Assembly (NCBI GenBank): GCA_017465405.1
Contig: JAFTWG010000001.1
Coordinates: 126,261-190,260 of the forward strand
DNA: 64,000 nucleotides
Source of the DNA: Alphaproteobacteria bacterium
GTDB lineage: Bacteria > Pseudomonadota > Alphaproteobacteria > RF32 > CAG-239
Direction: 5' to 3'
Part shown: positions 9,397 through 20,388 of the stretch, piece by piece
Layout: each line of letters opens with the position of its first letter
Position numbering within the stretch: the first letter of the stretch is position 1
Notes under the pieces: generated by a model
Databases searched by the model: none
What the model saw: the letters and a program-made list of their open reading frames with translations, nothing else
Told to the model about the DNA's origin: nothing
Translations under genes and position numbers: made by a program

Positions 9397-10448
9397 TCTT
9401 CATTTAGGAGAATTGTTTCAGCTATTGCCTTTGCTAATAAAGGAGGAACGGCGTTACCGACTTGTAGCATCTGGTCCATTTTCTTTCCATAAAAAATAAA
9501 ATTATCTGGAAAAGACTGTAATCTTGCTGCTTCCCTAACAGTGAGACATCTATCCTGAAATGGCAAGGTAAATTGTCCTGATGCAGGGGTGTCAAAGCGA
9601 GTTGTTATTGTTCTTGAAAAACCTTTAGGATTCATTCGCGTCCATGTACCACTATAAATAGATTTTGTTTGTTGGTCTTTAGGTAAATCATTTTTAGTGC
9701 TAGTTAACGTAACTAATTTTAATCTATCTAAAGCTATTTTACTATGCTTTGTTGAGATATGATTCCATACTCCATCTGACTTTATCCTCATAAGTTTTTG
9801 GTAATCACTTTTGGGCTGTTGCGTATATGGAACAAATTCTAGACCTTCGCCTGATTTTAAGATTGGCAAATCAGATATAGCATCTTCTACACAAGTTACC
9901 ATATGATTAGTATTAGGTAGTCTGTACCTTAAGTCACTGCCTAATTTACCTAAAAAAACAGCGCGTCTTCTTATTTGAGGAACTCCAAAATCTTCAGCCT
10001 TTAATATTTTTACATCAATATAATATCCTAATTCACCAAAACTATGAATAATCTGTTCTTTAAAATATCCATTTTCTGCTGTTAAAATATTTGGAACATT
10101 TTCTAACACAAAAAACTTAGGCTTAACAACTGAAACAACTTCGACAAACTTTTTGAACATAAAATTACGTTCGTCGTTTAGTCCTATCCTTTTTCCTTTT
10201 TGTGAAAATCCCTGACATGGCGGTCCTCCCATGACAACATCAATCTGATCCACATATTTTGAAAACTCTTTTACTATATCTATATCTCTAATATCCCTAG
10301 AATCAACTATAGTATCTGGATGATTTTTTTTATAAGCATTTGCAATACTTTTATTATATTCATTAGCCCAAAGTACTTTAAATCCAGCTAATTCAAATCC
10401 TAAAGACAGACCGCCAACACCAGCAAACAGATCAATAGCTGTTTTCAC
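9393..10448 (-). CDS. DNA (cytosine-5)-methyltransferase
   Basis: Motif I 'DLFAGVGGLSLGF', motif IV 'GGPPCQGFS' and an 'ENV' motif. Confidence 0.85.
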   Translation of the reverse strand: MKTAIDLFAGVGGLSLGFELAGFKVLWANEYNKSIANAYKKNHPDTIVDSRDIRDIDIVKEFSKYVDQIDVVMGGPPCQGFSQKGKRIGLNDERNFMFKKFVEVVSVVKPKFFVLENVPNILTAENGYFKEQIIHSFGELGYYIDVKILKAEDFGVPQIRRRAVFLGKLGSDLRYRLPNTNHMVTCVEDAISDLPILKSGEGLEFVPYTQQPKSDYQKLMRIKSDGVWNHISTKHSKIALDRLKLVTLTSTKNDLPKDQQTKSIYSGTWTRMNPKGFSRTITTRFDTPASGQFTLPFQDRCLTVREAARLQSFPDNFIFYGKKMDQMLQVGNAVPPLLAKAIAETILLNED

Positions 10449-11176
10449 TTAAACCCTCCCAATTTTCTAGTTGCAATATCATAATATTGCTCTTCCAGCT
10501 CTATCCCGTAAAAGCGTCTTTTTGCCTTTAATGCAGCTAACCCTGTAGAACCACTTCCCATAAAAGGATCTAGTACCAAATCGTTCTCATTTGTTAGTAG
10601 CTTTATAAAATGAGATAAAATTTCTTCTGGTTTCTGCGTTGGATGTTTGCCTTCTTTTTGTTCTTTAGCACTAATAACAGCTGATTCTATATAATCATGA
10701 ACAATTTTGCCTTCATTATTGAAAGTACCTGTTTTTCCTTGATTTATAAAATAAATCCAAGCTTCTGTTGAATTGATAAAATGTAGATTCATATTTCTTG
10801 GCATAGGATTTTTTTTATGCCAAATTCCAGTGGTTTTATAATAGAAACCATATTTTTCAGCAATATGAATGATTGTTTCTACTCTTATAATCGACATAAA
10901 CATTATCATAGCGCCACGCTTTTTTAAAACTCTTGCGCTTTCTTGGAAGAATTTATTCATCAATTCCTCCCATTTATCAGCTGCGGCAAAATCCCAATTT
11001 GATGCTGAAAAATGGTTTTTCCTTAATGCTCCAAGGTTTGTTTCTCTATTTTTCATAAACAATCCAAGATTATAAGGAGGATCAGTAAGTATGAGATCAA
11101 CACTTCTATCTCGTATGTCATGCATTTCTGACACACAATCACCTAAACCTAAGACATATTCCTTTTCTTTAATCAT
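10445..11176 (-). CDS. DNA methyltransferase, beta-class N6-adenine/N4-cytosine
   Basis: 'LILTDPPYN' (motif IV) precedes 'DPFMGSGSTG' (motif I). There is a 4-nt ATGA overlap with the downstream m5C methyltransferase. Confidence 0.8.
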   Translation of the reverse strand: MIKEKEYVLGLGDCVSEMHDIRDRSVDLILTDPPYNLGLFMKNRETNLGALRKNHFSASNWDFAAADKWEELMNKFFQESARVLKKRGAMIMFMSIIRVETIIHIAEKYGFYYKTTGIWHKKNPMPRNMNLHFINSTEAWIYFINQGKTGTFNNEGKIVHDYIESAVISAKEQKEGKHPTQKPEEILSHFIKLLTNENDLVLDPFMGSGSTGLAALKAKRRFYGIELEEQYYDIATRKLGGFK

Positions 11177-11496
11177 ATCTCATACTTTTTTTACTTAATT
11201 ACTCTAATGTGTTAACATAAAACGAATAATCTAAAAAATAAATAAAAAAATAAAGATACTATCAATTTTTCTTAGTAATGTATTTTTATAATAAACATAA
11301 TTTAGTTGCTATATGATGTCTCTACAATAGCTGAATTTACTTCTTCTTATAAATCTATATCAAATCCTAAATTTCGTACATGGGGTAAAAAACAACTTTT
11401 ATTATTCAAAAATAAAAGTTACTTTAACCTCGGTTTCCTAGCACCTAAAGTTAAAAACAATCGTATATCATCTCGCAAATTGTGTGTTCTATTTAG

Positions 11497-11531
11497 CCAA
11501 GAAAAAAGTCGTCATTGTTGACGACTTTTTT
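11497..11531. terminator. hairpin 'aaaaagtcgtcattgttgacgactttttt', bidirectional terminator at the nhaA 3' end
   Basis: Perfect inverted repeat flanked by A- and T-runs. Confidence 0.5.
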
Positions 11532-12690
11532 TGATGTGTTCTTGCCATTGAAAAATGGCTGCTCCCCATAATGCCGATAGTAATGAGCCACATAAAATTC
11601 CTAATCTCACTTCTCCTTGCATATATTCCGGCAAAGACAATTTGCCCACAAACAAGGCCATTGTAAAACCTATACCGGCAATAGCTGAAACTCCATATAA
11701 GTCCGCCAATTTAACATCTTTGGGGAACGAAGCAATTCCTATTTTGATAAGCATCCATGTACTCATAAATATACCTATTTGCTTTCCAAAAAATAAACCG
11801 AATATAATCCCTAAAGTCAATGTATGAGTAAATGTTTCTAATGTTATTCCTCCTAAATATAACCCCGCAGATGCAAAAGCAAAAACCGGCAAAATAACAA
11901 AATCGACCCAAGGTTTTAATTTATGGGACAAAGCTTCTAAGGGAGAACTTTTTCTTAAATGAACTCTCATCGGATAGGCCATAGCGACAACAACACCCGA
12001 TATTGTTGTATGAATACCACCGTTTAGGAAACAATACCACAAAACAACTCCTAATATAAAATAAGGAATAAAATTCGTTATTTCCATTTTATTCAAGAAA
12101 TATAATGCAATACAGGTTAAACTTGCGTAGCCTAACAAATCAATGGAAACACCTTGATTATAGAATAAGGCAATAATTAAAATAGCGCCTAAATCATCAA
12201 ATATTGCAATTGCCAACAGAAATATTTTTACAGCCTGCGGAACACTTTTGCCTACCAACATTAAAATACAAACAGCAAAAGCAATATCGGTTGCGGTCGG
12301 AATAGCCCAGCCATTCATATACTGAGGAGAATTATTATTTAAAATTGCATAAATGATTGCAGGACACACAATCCCTCCGAGTGCCGCTAATGCCGGAACA
12401 ATAATTTGTTTTGCATCTGACAAAAATCCCTCTTTCATTTCTCTTTTTAGTTCTAAGCCAATTTGCAAAAAGAAAAACACCATCAAAACATCATTAATCC
12501 ACCACTCCAGAGAGCGGGAAAATTTTATATCTGCCAAACCTAAAAACAATTGCGTTTCCCAAAAATGGGATATTGGTTCACGCCACGGACTATTTGCTAA
12601 ACAGACCGAAGCAAACATTGACAAAATCATTAAAATTCCGCTGGAAACTTCACTGCTGAAAAAATTACTGATTTTTTGTTTAATATCCAT
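11512..12690 (-). CDS. nhaA: Na+/H+ antiporter NhaA
   Basis: Polytopic membrane protein with an NhaA-like N-terminus and core ('ANSPWREPISHFWETQLFLG', 'ATDIAFA', 'AIFDDLGAI'). Confidence 0.8.
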   Translation of the reverse strand: MDIKQKISNFFSSEVSSGILMILSMFASVCLANSPWREPISHFWETQLFLGLADIKFSRSLEWWINDVLMVFFFLQIGLELKREMKEGFLSDAKQIIVPALAALGGIVCPAIIYAILNNNSPQYMNGWAIPTATDIAFAVCILMLVGKSVPQAVKIFLLAIAIFDDLGAILIIALFYNQGVSIDLLGYASLTCIALYFLNKMEITNFIPYFILGVVLWYCFLNGGIHTTISGVVVAMAYPMRVHLRKSSPLEALSHKLKPWVDFVILPVFAFASAGLYLGGITLETFTHTLTLGIIFGLFFGKQIGIFMSTWMLIKIGIASFPKDVKLADLYGVSAIAGIGFTMALFVGKLSLPEYMQGEVRLGILCGSLLSALWGAAIFQWQEHIKKSRQQ

Positions 12691-13087
12691 ATTTCTCCCC
12701 CTGATAATGGCAAAATTAAAGCCTAAACTACTCCACGCTTAGGTTGTTCAAGTATTTTGTTGGTTTATTCATATTCTAATTAAAACTCGCCCTTCAATAT
12801 TTAAACTGTCTTTCTATAAAAAATTAACTAAAATCGATTTTTCTTATAGATGACAGAATAATGATTAAAAGTTTCAATCTTTCACCCGAAATATTTACTA
12901 TAACTTCGGTTATATATATCTTTTACACATTAATAATGTGTAAAAATGTTCTCTAAGTGATTGTATAAATCAATAGTATCTCAAAGGAAACTATAGTACT
13001 TTCAGGTGCTTACTTTACATTTTGTTGCAGATATACTACCAATTATTTCATAACAATCTTAACTTCAATAAATAAAGGATATGGATT

Positions 13088-14350
13088 ATGAAAAAATTTT
13101 TAGCGACAACCGCTTTATGTACAACTTGTATGTTTAGTATTTCTGCTTATGCTTCAGGATACCAACTTAACGAATATTCTGTTACCAATCTCGGACGTTC
13201 TTTTGCCGGTGCCGGTATAGTTGGTGATGACTACTCTGCAATAGCTTATAACCCTGCCGGTATGACCTTGAAAAAATCCGGTACACAACTAAACTTTACC
13301 GTTGCGGAAATAGCATCTGAGATGAAGGGGCAAAATGCCAAACAAGGCAAAAAAACAGAAATGGATTTTGGGGTACCTCTACCTTCCGTATATGGACAAT
13401 ATCAAGTTAGCGACAAGTGGTTTGTCGGTGCCGGCATTTATGCTCCTTACGGATTAGCAACTAAATATAAAACAGATAGTTTTATTGCCGACAAAGCCAA
13501 AGAGTCTATTTTAGAAGTAATTGATTATAATGTTTCAGCTGCATATAAATTAAATTCTAAATGGTCTTTTGGTGCCAGCTTTATAGCACGTTATATCTAC
13601 GGCAAAATGACTAATAACATTAATGGGGCATCTTTCGGTGCCGGAGATACCAATATTAGCCGTAGCAAATTTGAACTTGACGGTTGGACATATACCGGAA
13701 CTTTTGGCATAATGTACGAACATAATGAAAATACTCGTTTCGGATTATCTTATAAACCAAAATCAGTACAAAGAGTAAAAGGCGACCATACCGTATCGTT
13801 AGCATATCCCTATAATATGCATCCGATATTAGGTAAATATGCAGGTGTTTATACCGATGGAAAAGCATCTCCCGACTTGCCGGAAACGGTTTTATTATCA
13901 GCTTATCATAAACCGTTTGAAAAGGTTGCTTTTACCGGAGCTGTTCGCTTTACTCGTTGGGGAGATTCATTTGAAGAATTTGATATGACTTCAAGTTTCA
14001 CCAAAGGATTAGGTTTGAAACCCGTTGATTATTCTTGGAAAGACACTTGGACAATCTCTCTCGGAACAGACTATTACGTTAACGATAATTGGACTTTGCG
14101 ATTGGGAACAGCTTGGGATCAATCTCCAACTCCGGATAATCAACATCGCACTCATAGAATACCAGATTCTGACAGAATATGGGCTTCCGTAGGTCTCAGC
14201 TATCATTATAAAAATATGCAACTTGATTTAGGATATGCTCATTTATTCATGAAAGAATCTTATATCAGAGATAGCGTAAATAAAGACCATGACACTCAAT
14301 ATAAAGCACATAGCAATATGTTTGGATTAGGTTTTCAATATAATTTCTAA
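13088..14350 (+). CDS. outer-membrane long-chain fatty acid/aromatic hydrocarbon transporter, FadL/OmpP1/TodX family
   Basis: Signal peptide, N-terminal 'SGYQLNEYSVTNLGRSFAGAG' characteristic of FadL, and a beta-barrel C-terminus 'GLGFQYNF'. Confidence 0.7.
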   Translation: MKKFLATTALCTTCMFSISAYASGYQLNEYSVTNLGRSFAGAGIVGDDYSAIAYNPAGMTLKKSGTQLNFTVAEIASEMKGQNAKQGKKTEMDFGVPLPSVYGQYQVSDKWFVGAGIYAPYGLATKYKTDSFIADKAKESILEVIDYNVSAAYKLNSKWSFGASFIARYIYGKMTNNINGASFGAGDTNISRSKFELDGWTYTGTFGIMYEHNENTRFGLSYKPKSVQRVKGDHTVSLAYPYNMHPILGKYAGVYTDGKASPDLPETVLLSAYHKPFEKVAFTGAVRFTRWGDSFEEFDMTSSFTKGLGLKPVDYSWKDTWTISLGTDYYVNDNWTLRLGTAWDQSPTPDNQHRTHRIPDSDRIWASVGLSYHYKNMQLDLGYAHLFMKESYIRDSVNKDHDTQYKAHSNMFGLGFQYNF

Positions 14351-14367
14351 ATCTTTTCATATTCGGC

Positions 14368-14410
14368 AAAACTCCGCATTTTATCAAACAAAATGCGGGG
14401 TTTTGTTTTA
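14368..14410 (+). terminator. rho-independent terminator after the FadL-like gene
   Basis: 'ccgcatttt...aaaatgcgg' stem followed by 'ggttttgtttt'. Confidence 0.6.
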
Positions 14411-14418
14411 ATAAATTT

Positions 14419-15471
14419 TTATTGTGACTCTTTAGTATTAAAATATGTTCCGCAATTTGAATATGTACCTGCATAATTCAAAATATAATTAAAAGGACAA
14501 TCCACAGATACAAAATACTCTGCATCATCGTCAATAACTTTACAGACCTCTTTCAAACTAACTCGTTTATTATCCTCTTTCGTCAATTTTACTTCATCCG
14601 GTTCAATGTTTTGTTCTTTTGCAATGTCTATAACAATTAATTGCTCTCTTAATGCTTCAAAAAAACTCGACACTCCGCTGAATCTCTCTTCTTTAGTGCC
14701 CCAATCTCTTCCATTATAAAACTCATTTATATTATTATAATTTTCCGTTAAATTTCCCAATTCAAAATTTTTCTTTAATAGTGCCATTTGATCATTTTCT
14801 GCTATTTCTATTTCTTTTTTGAATTTTTCTCTTACCTTATTCGGATAATTAACCATTTCATACCCTTGTGCCATACAAAATTCCGGATAGGCATACGTAT
14901 GTCTATATATCTCTCCTACGGCAAGTCCCAAATGAAAAGCCGGTCGATTAGTATCAGGCATGTATTTGTCTTTTAATTCAAACATACCAAAAATTCCAAT
15001 AACGGCTATAATTGAAAAAACAATAGGAAAACGTGTTAAAAAACTTCTCTTTTGTTCATCAATATTTTGTTTTGAAGGACGTATGACAAGAAGCAAATTA
15101 GCTAATATGGCAATAGCAATAACTGTATATATACCCCATTTGATTGTAGGGAAAAAAGATACATCTATATCATAAGTCAAGGCACCGGTGTAAAGCAATG
15201 CAATATTTGTTAAAATATATCCTGTCCCCGAACTTCTAAACGATCTTGCACGTTTTTGCACCAAAGCAGTCAAACAATATATTAACAGGAAAAATACTAT
15301 AATATATGATATAAAACCCAATATACATAATCTTGTCATCATCAAAAGTAAAAAAACAGCTATTATGTATGGTGTACGAGCAATTACACCTTTATAAGAA
15401 AAAAAGAGTTTAAAAATATTACCCGAAAACAAATATTGATTTATTTTTTTTAAAAATTGATTTATCTGCAT
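14419..15471 (-). CDS. hypothetical polytopic membrane protein (350 aa)
   Basis: Several hydrophobic helices in the N-terminal half; no family recognised. Confidence 0.4.
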   Translation of the reverse strand: MQINQFLKKINQYLFSGNIFKLFFSYKGVIARTPYIIAVFLLLMMTRLCILGFISYIIVFFLLIYCLTALVQKRARSFRSSGTGYILTNIALLYTGALTYDIDVSFFPTIKWGIYTVIAIAILANLLLVIRPSKQNIDEQKRSFLTRFPIVFSIIAVIGIFGMFELKDKYMPDTNRPAFHLGLAVGEIYRHTYAYPEFCMAQGYEMVNYPNKVREKFKKEIEIAENDQMALLKKNFELGNLTENYNNINEFYNGRDWGTKEERFSGVSSFFEALREQLIVIDIAKEQNIEPDEVKLTKEDNKRVSLKEVCKVIDDDAEYFVSVDCPFNYILNYAGTYSNCGTYFNTKESQ

Positions 15472-15664
15472 GGCTTTCTCCTTACCATCACATTATAATA
15501 ATGACCTTTAATTTTCAACATTAAATTTTATATCAATTACTGACATATATTCTAATCCCCATCAGATATATTAAAAAATTTAACATTCCTCTCTTGTATG
15601 CCACAAAAAAACACCGCTGATTAGCGGTGTAATTTTTAGCGTCAAACACTCGACATCGTAACCT

Positions 15665-16315
15665 CTAGACTTCGGTATTATTCTCACCATCAAAACCGGG
15701 ATTGATTCCGATATTGATAATGACGTCGACATACTCCTGTCTGAGCTTTACCGTTTTGACAAAATCGAAGGTCTTCTCACCTTGATGTGCCCTAAGGGTA
15801 ATAGTCGCTTCCGTGCAAAAATATAGTTTGTCACCATCCTCTTCATCTCCTAATTCTTTGGTTTGATAATCAATCAATTCAAAAGATGGCTCATAGTGCT
15901 CGCACTCTGAAGAATAAACTCGTGGAAGCACAACGACAAAATAATAACGCACGACATACGTGTCGAAAAATAAAGCCACTTTGTAGGTTTCTCGAACAAA
16001 GTTGATACCGTTTTCCGTGTAATAATTTGCAGATAGCGGTACGACACTCATTTCAAGATAATCACCTACACAATAGGCATCTACGATATTGCTTTCCTCA
16101 CTAGCCTCATCAATGTAGATGTAAGGAGCGAGTGTAGAAAGTTTGGAACCGTGAGAGCCGACACAGTAAACCGAATAATGTGTATCCGTTGCAGGAGCAC
16201 ATATCATTTCGGTGTCCGGAGAAACATTAAGAATCTCATCATCAGACCATACGCAAGAGGTTGTCATAGCACCTAGTACCATACAAACCAAAATTTTGAA
16301 AAACGCTTTTTTCAT
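15665..16315 (-). CDS. hypothetical lipoprotein (216 aa)
   Basis: Signal peptide with lipobox-like 'MTTSC'. Local GC is clearly above the window average. Confidence 0.4.
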   Translation of the reverse strand: MKKAFFKILVCMVLGAMTTSCVWSDDEILNVSPDTEMICAPATDTHYSVYCVGSHGSKLSTLAPYIYIDEASEESNIVDAYCVGDYLEMSVVPLSANYYTENGINFVRETYKVALFFDTYVVRYYFVVVLPRVYSSECEHYEPSFELIDYQTKELGDEEDGDKLYFCTEATITLRAHQGEKTFDFVKTVKLRQEYVDVIINIGINPGFDGENNTEV

Positions 16316-16510
16316 AATAGTATAGTGTTAGTTATTAGAATAATTTCTTAAGCGTTCTAATACTAACATTTTTTGTCCATAGTGTCAAGTATAACCCTTA
16401 CCTGATATTTTACGAATGAACGTATTATATAACAACAAAAAATCCTGAACTTGCAAAACGCAATTCAGGATTTTTAAAAGCTTTAGACCAAAGCACGATA
16501 AACACATTGG

Positions 16511-17140
16511 TTACTCATAAGAGCAAATTCGCCCACTGATAATAACCGGTTGGGTTCTTACTTTTTCCGGCAGACCGTTGGCAATCTTATACAAAATAAC
16601 GGTTGAAACATGGCGGTCAACGGCTACGTTGTAAATATCTCTTACTTGGTCTGATGCAAACTTGATTTCAAATGCCGAAATCTCATTTATATCGACATCT
16701 GCAGGAAGTTGTTGCAAAACCTCATCTACTCCGGGACGCAAACACATATAGTATCCGCCGTAACGATGATAACAGATAAAACGAGCTATTTCTTCAAGAC
16801 CTTCAACCTTAAGAGGTTTTTGTTTGTCATCGCACACGATGTGCTTTTTCGGACTGAAAGAAAAAAGATAACTCTGATTTATGTCAGTCGGTTTTACATA
16901 GACCAAAACAGAGTTTTCATCATTTTCTCCGGCATCAAGTTTTCTGCCTTTCTTATCCACACGTACCAAAGGTTTTATCTGTTTGGCACGGCGAATCAAC
17001 TCTTCATCAGGCATCTCATCAGCAGCAATCAGCATCGGAATAATTCTTTCATATTCTTCTGCAATCTTGCTCATAACACGATTGGGGTTTTTAACCAAAT
17101 CTTGCAAATTCTCAAATTCACGTTCAAAAATCTTGTCCAT
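16511..17140 (-). CDS. hypothetical protein (209 aa)
   Basis: ORF with coding-like composition and higher GC; no motif recognised. Confidence 0.4.
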   Translation of the reverse strand: MDKIFEREFENLQDLVKNPNRVMSKIAEEYERIIPMLIAADEMPDEELIRRAKQIKPLVRVDKKGRKLDAGENDENSVLVYVKPTDINQSYLFSFSPKKHIVCDDKQKPLKVEGLEEIARFICYHRYGGYYMCLRPGVDEVLQQLPADVDINEISAFEIKFASDQVRDIYNVAVDRHVSTVILYKIANGLPEKVRTQPVIISGRICSYE

Positions 17141-17454
17141 AATATAATAATTTAGAAGTTAAAAATACAAAATTAGACTTGCATACTACATCAACGATAA
17201 AAAAATGTCAACACCATGCCGAATGCGACATTTTTTGACATATTCAAACAATATCTTTATTTTATATCAACAGAAAGGAAATCAAAATGTGGTATGTTAA
17301 ACTCAATGGTAATATTCTTCCTACCCCATATCAATTTTTTAGTGATTGTTTAGCCGAATGTATCAGGCTAAAAAACACTATGTGTGCAGTAACAACCGAA
17401 CCTGTGCTAATAGGATAAGTTGAAAGAGAATGATATTCGAACAAACGAATTTTA

Positions 17455-17485
17455 AAAACCGCCGTCTCCGGCGGTTTTTTATTTA
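17455..17485. terminator. hairpin 'aaaaaccgccgtctccggcggttttt' downstream of secA
   Basis: GC-rich inverted repeat with flanking A/T runs. Confidence 0.6.
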
Positions 17486-20221
17486 TTAATTCACAATTTT
17501 GCCATGACAATGTTTATATTTTTGTCCGCTTCCGCAAGGACACGGATCATTACGAGAAACTTTGCCCCATGTATCAGGATTGTTAGCATCAAAAGCCTGT
17601 TTCCCATATTGGAACGGAACAGCTTTTTCTTTTGTCTCCGCTTGCGGTTGTTGTTGATTTGCATTTAACAAGTTTTGCGGTGTTTCGTGTACTTCTTGCA
17701 TTCTGGTCGGAGTTCTGCGTAATTGCAATTCTTCCGGCGATTGAGTTTGAATTTGAACACGACAAGTCATAAATGTTACTCTTTCACGCAACATATCAAG
17801 CATATCAGAAAACATGTTAAATGCTTCTTTCTTATACTCGTTAAGCGGATCTTTTTGACCATAAGCACGCAAGACAATAGTATAACGCATATAGTCTAAA
17901 CTTGCGATATGTTCTTTCCATAGTTGGTCTAAAACCTGCAATAAAATATTTTTTTCTACAAGTTTAACAATATTTTCGGGAAGATTAGCATTTTTTTCTA
18001 CCAGTTGCTTTTCAACCGTTTCAACAACACGTTGAATCATTACATCGCTGTCCATTTCCGGTTCTTTTGCCCATTCTTCCAAAGGCATCAAAAATCCGGT
18101 AACTCGTGCGATCTCTTGTTTGAGATCATCTAACATCCAGTCTTTTGGAGCAGTTCCTCCTCCTATGGCCGAAGCTACAATGTCGGTCAAAAATTCTTCA
18201 CGCATATCACTGACGGTATCAGACACATCAGAAACTTGCATCAATTCTTTTCTTTGTTCATAAATCACTTTGCGTTGATCGTTCATAACGTTGTCAAACT
18301 TCAACAAGTTTTTACGAATATCAAAGTTACGTTCTTCAACCTTTTGTTGAGCTTTTTCCAAAGCCTTACTTATCCATGGGTGAACCAAAGGTTCGCCTTT
18401 AGGCATACCCATTTTCTCCAGCATAGATGACATTCTTTCCGAACCGAAAATACGCATCAAATCGTCTTCCATAGAAAGGAAAAATTTAGATGTTCCGGGG
18501 TCTCCCTGACGACCGGCACGTCCACGTAATTGGTTGTCGATTCGGCGACTTTCGTGACGTTCGGTACCAAGAATATATAAACCGCCGGCAGCAATAACTT
18601 TTGCCTTATCTTCTTCTATTTCTTTTTTGAGTTTTTCTTTGATTTCGGCAATTTGTTCAGCCGTTTCATCACCTTTCAATATAGACTTTAGGCGCATATC
18701 CAAGTTACCGCCCAACTGAATATCGGTACCACGTCCGGCCATATTTGTAGCAATAGTAATAGCTCCTGAAACACCGGCTTGAGCAACAATCGATGCTTCT
18801 CTTTCATGGTGACGAGCATTTAACACTTCAAACTTAACATTACTTTTCTTGCTCAACATATCGGCAACAAGTTCCGATTTCTCAATTGAAGTAGTACCGA
18901 CCAAAACCGGTTGACCTTTTTCGTGACATTCCAAAATTGTTTTAATAATCGCATCATATTTTTCATCTGCGGTGCGATAAATTTCGTCATGTTGGTCATC
19001 ACGCAAAACCGGACGATTAGTCGGAATTTCGATACAAGATAAACCGTAAATGTCTACAAATTCTGCTTCTTCCGTCATAGCGGTACCGGTCATACCGGCA
19101 AGTTTCGGATATAAACGGAAATAATTTTGGAAAGTTATAGAAGCCAAAGTTTGGTTTTCTGATTGGATTCGCACACCTTCTTTTGCTTCAATAGCCTGGT
19201 GTAAACCATCCGAATAGCGACGACCTTCCATCATACGACCGGTAAATTCGTCAATAATAACAACTTTGCCGTCTTTTACGATATAATCGACATCTCTAAT
19301 CTGCATAATGTGAGCACGCAACGCATTGTTAACATGTTGAACTAACGAAACATTACCCATATCATAAAGACTACCGTCTTTAATCAAGCCTTTTTCTTTA
19401 AGCAATTTTTCAACATGTTCCATACCGCTCTCGGTCAAAACAACACTTTTTGCTTTTTCATCTTTTTCATAGTCTTTTTCAACCAAATGCGGAATTATGC
19501 TGTTTACGGCAACATATTTTTCCGAAGAATCTTCGGCAGCACCGGAAATAATAAGCGGGGTACGAGCTTCATCAATCAAAATAGAGTCAACTTCGTCCAC
19601 AATCGCATAGTGGAAAGGACGTTGCACCATTTCGCCAAGTTCAAACTTCATATTATCACGCAAATAGTCAAAACCCAATTCATTATTGGTTCCGTAAATA
19701 ATATCACAAGCGTATGCAACACGGCGTTCTTCGTCATTTTTTTCGTGAACGATATAATCTACGGTCAAACCCAAAAAGCGATAAACCTGTCCCATCCATT
19801 CAGCATCACGTTTTGCCAAATAGTCGTTTACGGTAACAATATGAACACCTTTTCCTTCCAATGCTTGCAAATATGCGGCCAAAGTCGCCACAAGAGTTTT
19901 ACCTTCACCGGTTTTCATTTCGGCAATCATACCTTTGTGCAAAACGATACCGCCGATTAATTGCACGTCGTAATGACGTTGACCTAAAGTTCTTTTTGCT
20001 GCTTCACGAACAACCGCAAAAGCTTCGGGCAACAAATCGTCTAATGTTTCGCCAAGTTTTAATCTGTCTCTGAACTCAACGGTCTTATTACGTAATTCAT
20101 CATCGCTGAGAGCTGAAATGGTCGGTTCTAAAGAATTTATCTTGTTAACTGTTTTTTGTTGTTTTTTGATAAAACGGTCATTGGCACTGCCAAAAAATAC
20201 CTTTGCGATTTTGCCTATCAT
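17486..20221 (-). CDS. secA: preprotein translocase ATPase SecA
   Basis: 911 aa with DEAD motor motifs ('MKTGEGKTL', '[19 protein letters not shown]') and a C-terminal zinc finger '[14 protein letters not shown]'. Confidence 0.95.
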   Translation of the reverse strand: MIGKIAKVFFGSANDRFIKKQQKTVNKINSLEPTISALSDDELRNKTVEFRDRLKLGETLDDLLPEAFAVVREAAKRTLGQRHYDVQLIGGIVLHKGMIAEMKTGEGKTLVATLAAYLQALEGKGVHIVTVNDYLAKRDAEWMGQVYRFLGLTVDYIVHEKNDEERRVAYACDIIYGTNNELGFDYLRDNMKFELGEMVQRPFHYAIVDEVDSILIDEARTPLIISGAAEDSSEKYVAVNSIIPHLVEKDYEKDEKAKSVVLTESGMEHVEKLLKEKGLIKDGSLYDMGNVSLVQHVNNALRAHIMQIRDVDYIVKDGKVVIIDEFTGRMMEGRRYSDGLHQAIEAKEGVRIQSENQTLASITFQNYFRLYPKLAGMTGTAMTEEAEFVDIYGLSCIEIPTNRPVLRDDQHDEIYRTADEKYDAIIKTILECHEKGQPVLVGTTSIEKSELVADMLSKKSNVKFEVLNARHHEREASIVAQAGVSGAITIATNMAGRGTDIQLGGNLDMRLKSILKGDETAEQIAEIKEKLKKEIEEDKAKVIAAGGLYILGTERHESRRIDNQLRGRAGRQGDPGTSKFFLSMEDDLMRIFGSERMSSMLEKMGMPKGEPLVHPWISKALEKAQQKVEERNFDIRKNLLKFDNVMNDQRKVIYEQRKELMQVSDVSDTVSDMREEFLTDIVASAIGGGTAPKDWMLDDLKQEIARVTGFLMPLEEWAKEPEMDSDVMIQRVVETVEKQLVEKNANLPENIVKLVEKNILLQVLDQLWKEHIASLDYMRYTIVLRAYGQKDPLNEYKKEAFNMFSDMLDMLRERVTFMTCRVQIQTQSPEELQLRRTPTRMQEVHETPQNLLNANQQQPQAETKEKAVPFQYGKQAFDANNPDTWGKVSRNDPCPCGSGQKYKHCHGKIVN

Positions 20222-20388
20222 TAAATTTCCACCTTGATATTATTAAAAGTTAACCTTACATTTAATGTTTATAATATATAAAGTCAATAGTTTGACTGCA
20301 TTTATAAACTTTTACTAAAGTTTTTTGTTGGAAAATTTTTATTTTAGGGTATAAATTATATCAGTTTTATTCTTTTGGAGGAAAATTT

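Noticed and set aside
11306-11521. 71-aa plus-strand ORF between the methyltransferase operon and nhaA
   Set aside because: Lies in a promoter/terminator region and overlaps the nhaA terminator hairpin; low-complexity translation.
19415-19960. 181-aa ORF antisense to secA (and similar antisense ORFs in clpB 32026-33978, rplL 34803-35054, rplA 36083-36286, rplK 36635-36928)
   Set aside because: Embedded in highly conserved genes on the opposite strand; typical shadow ORFs.
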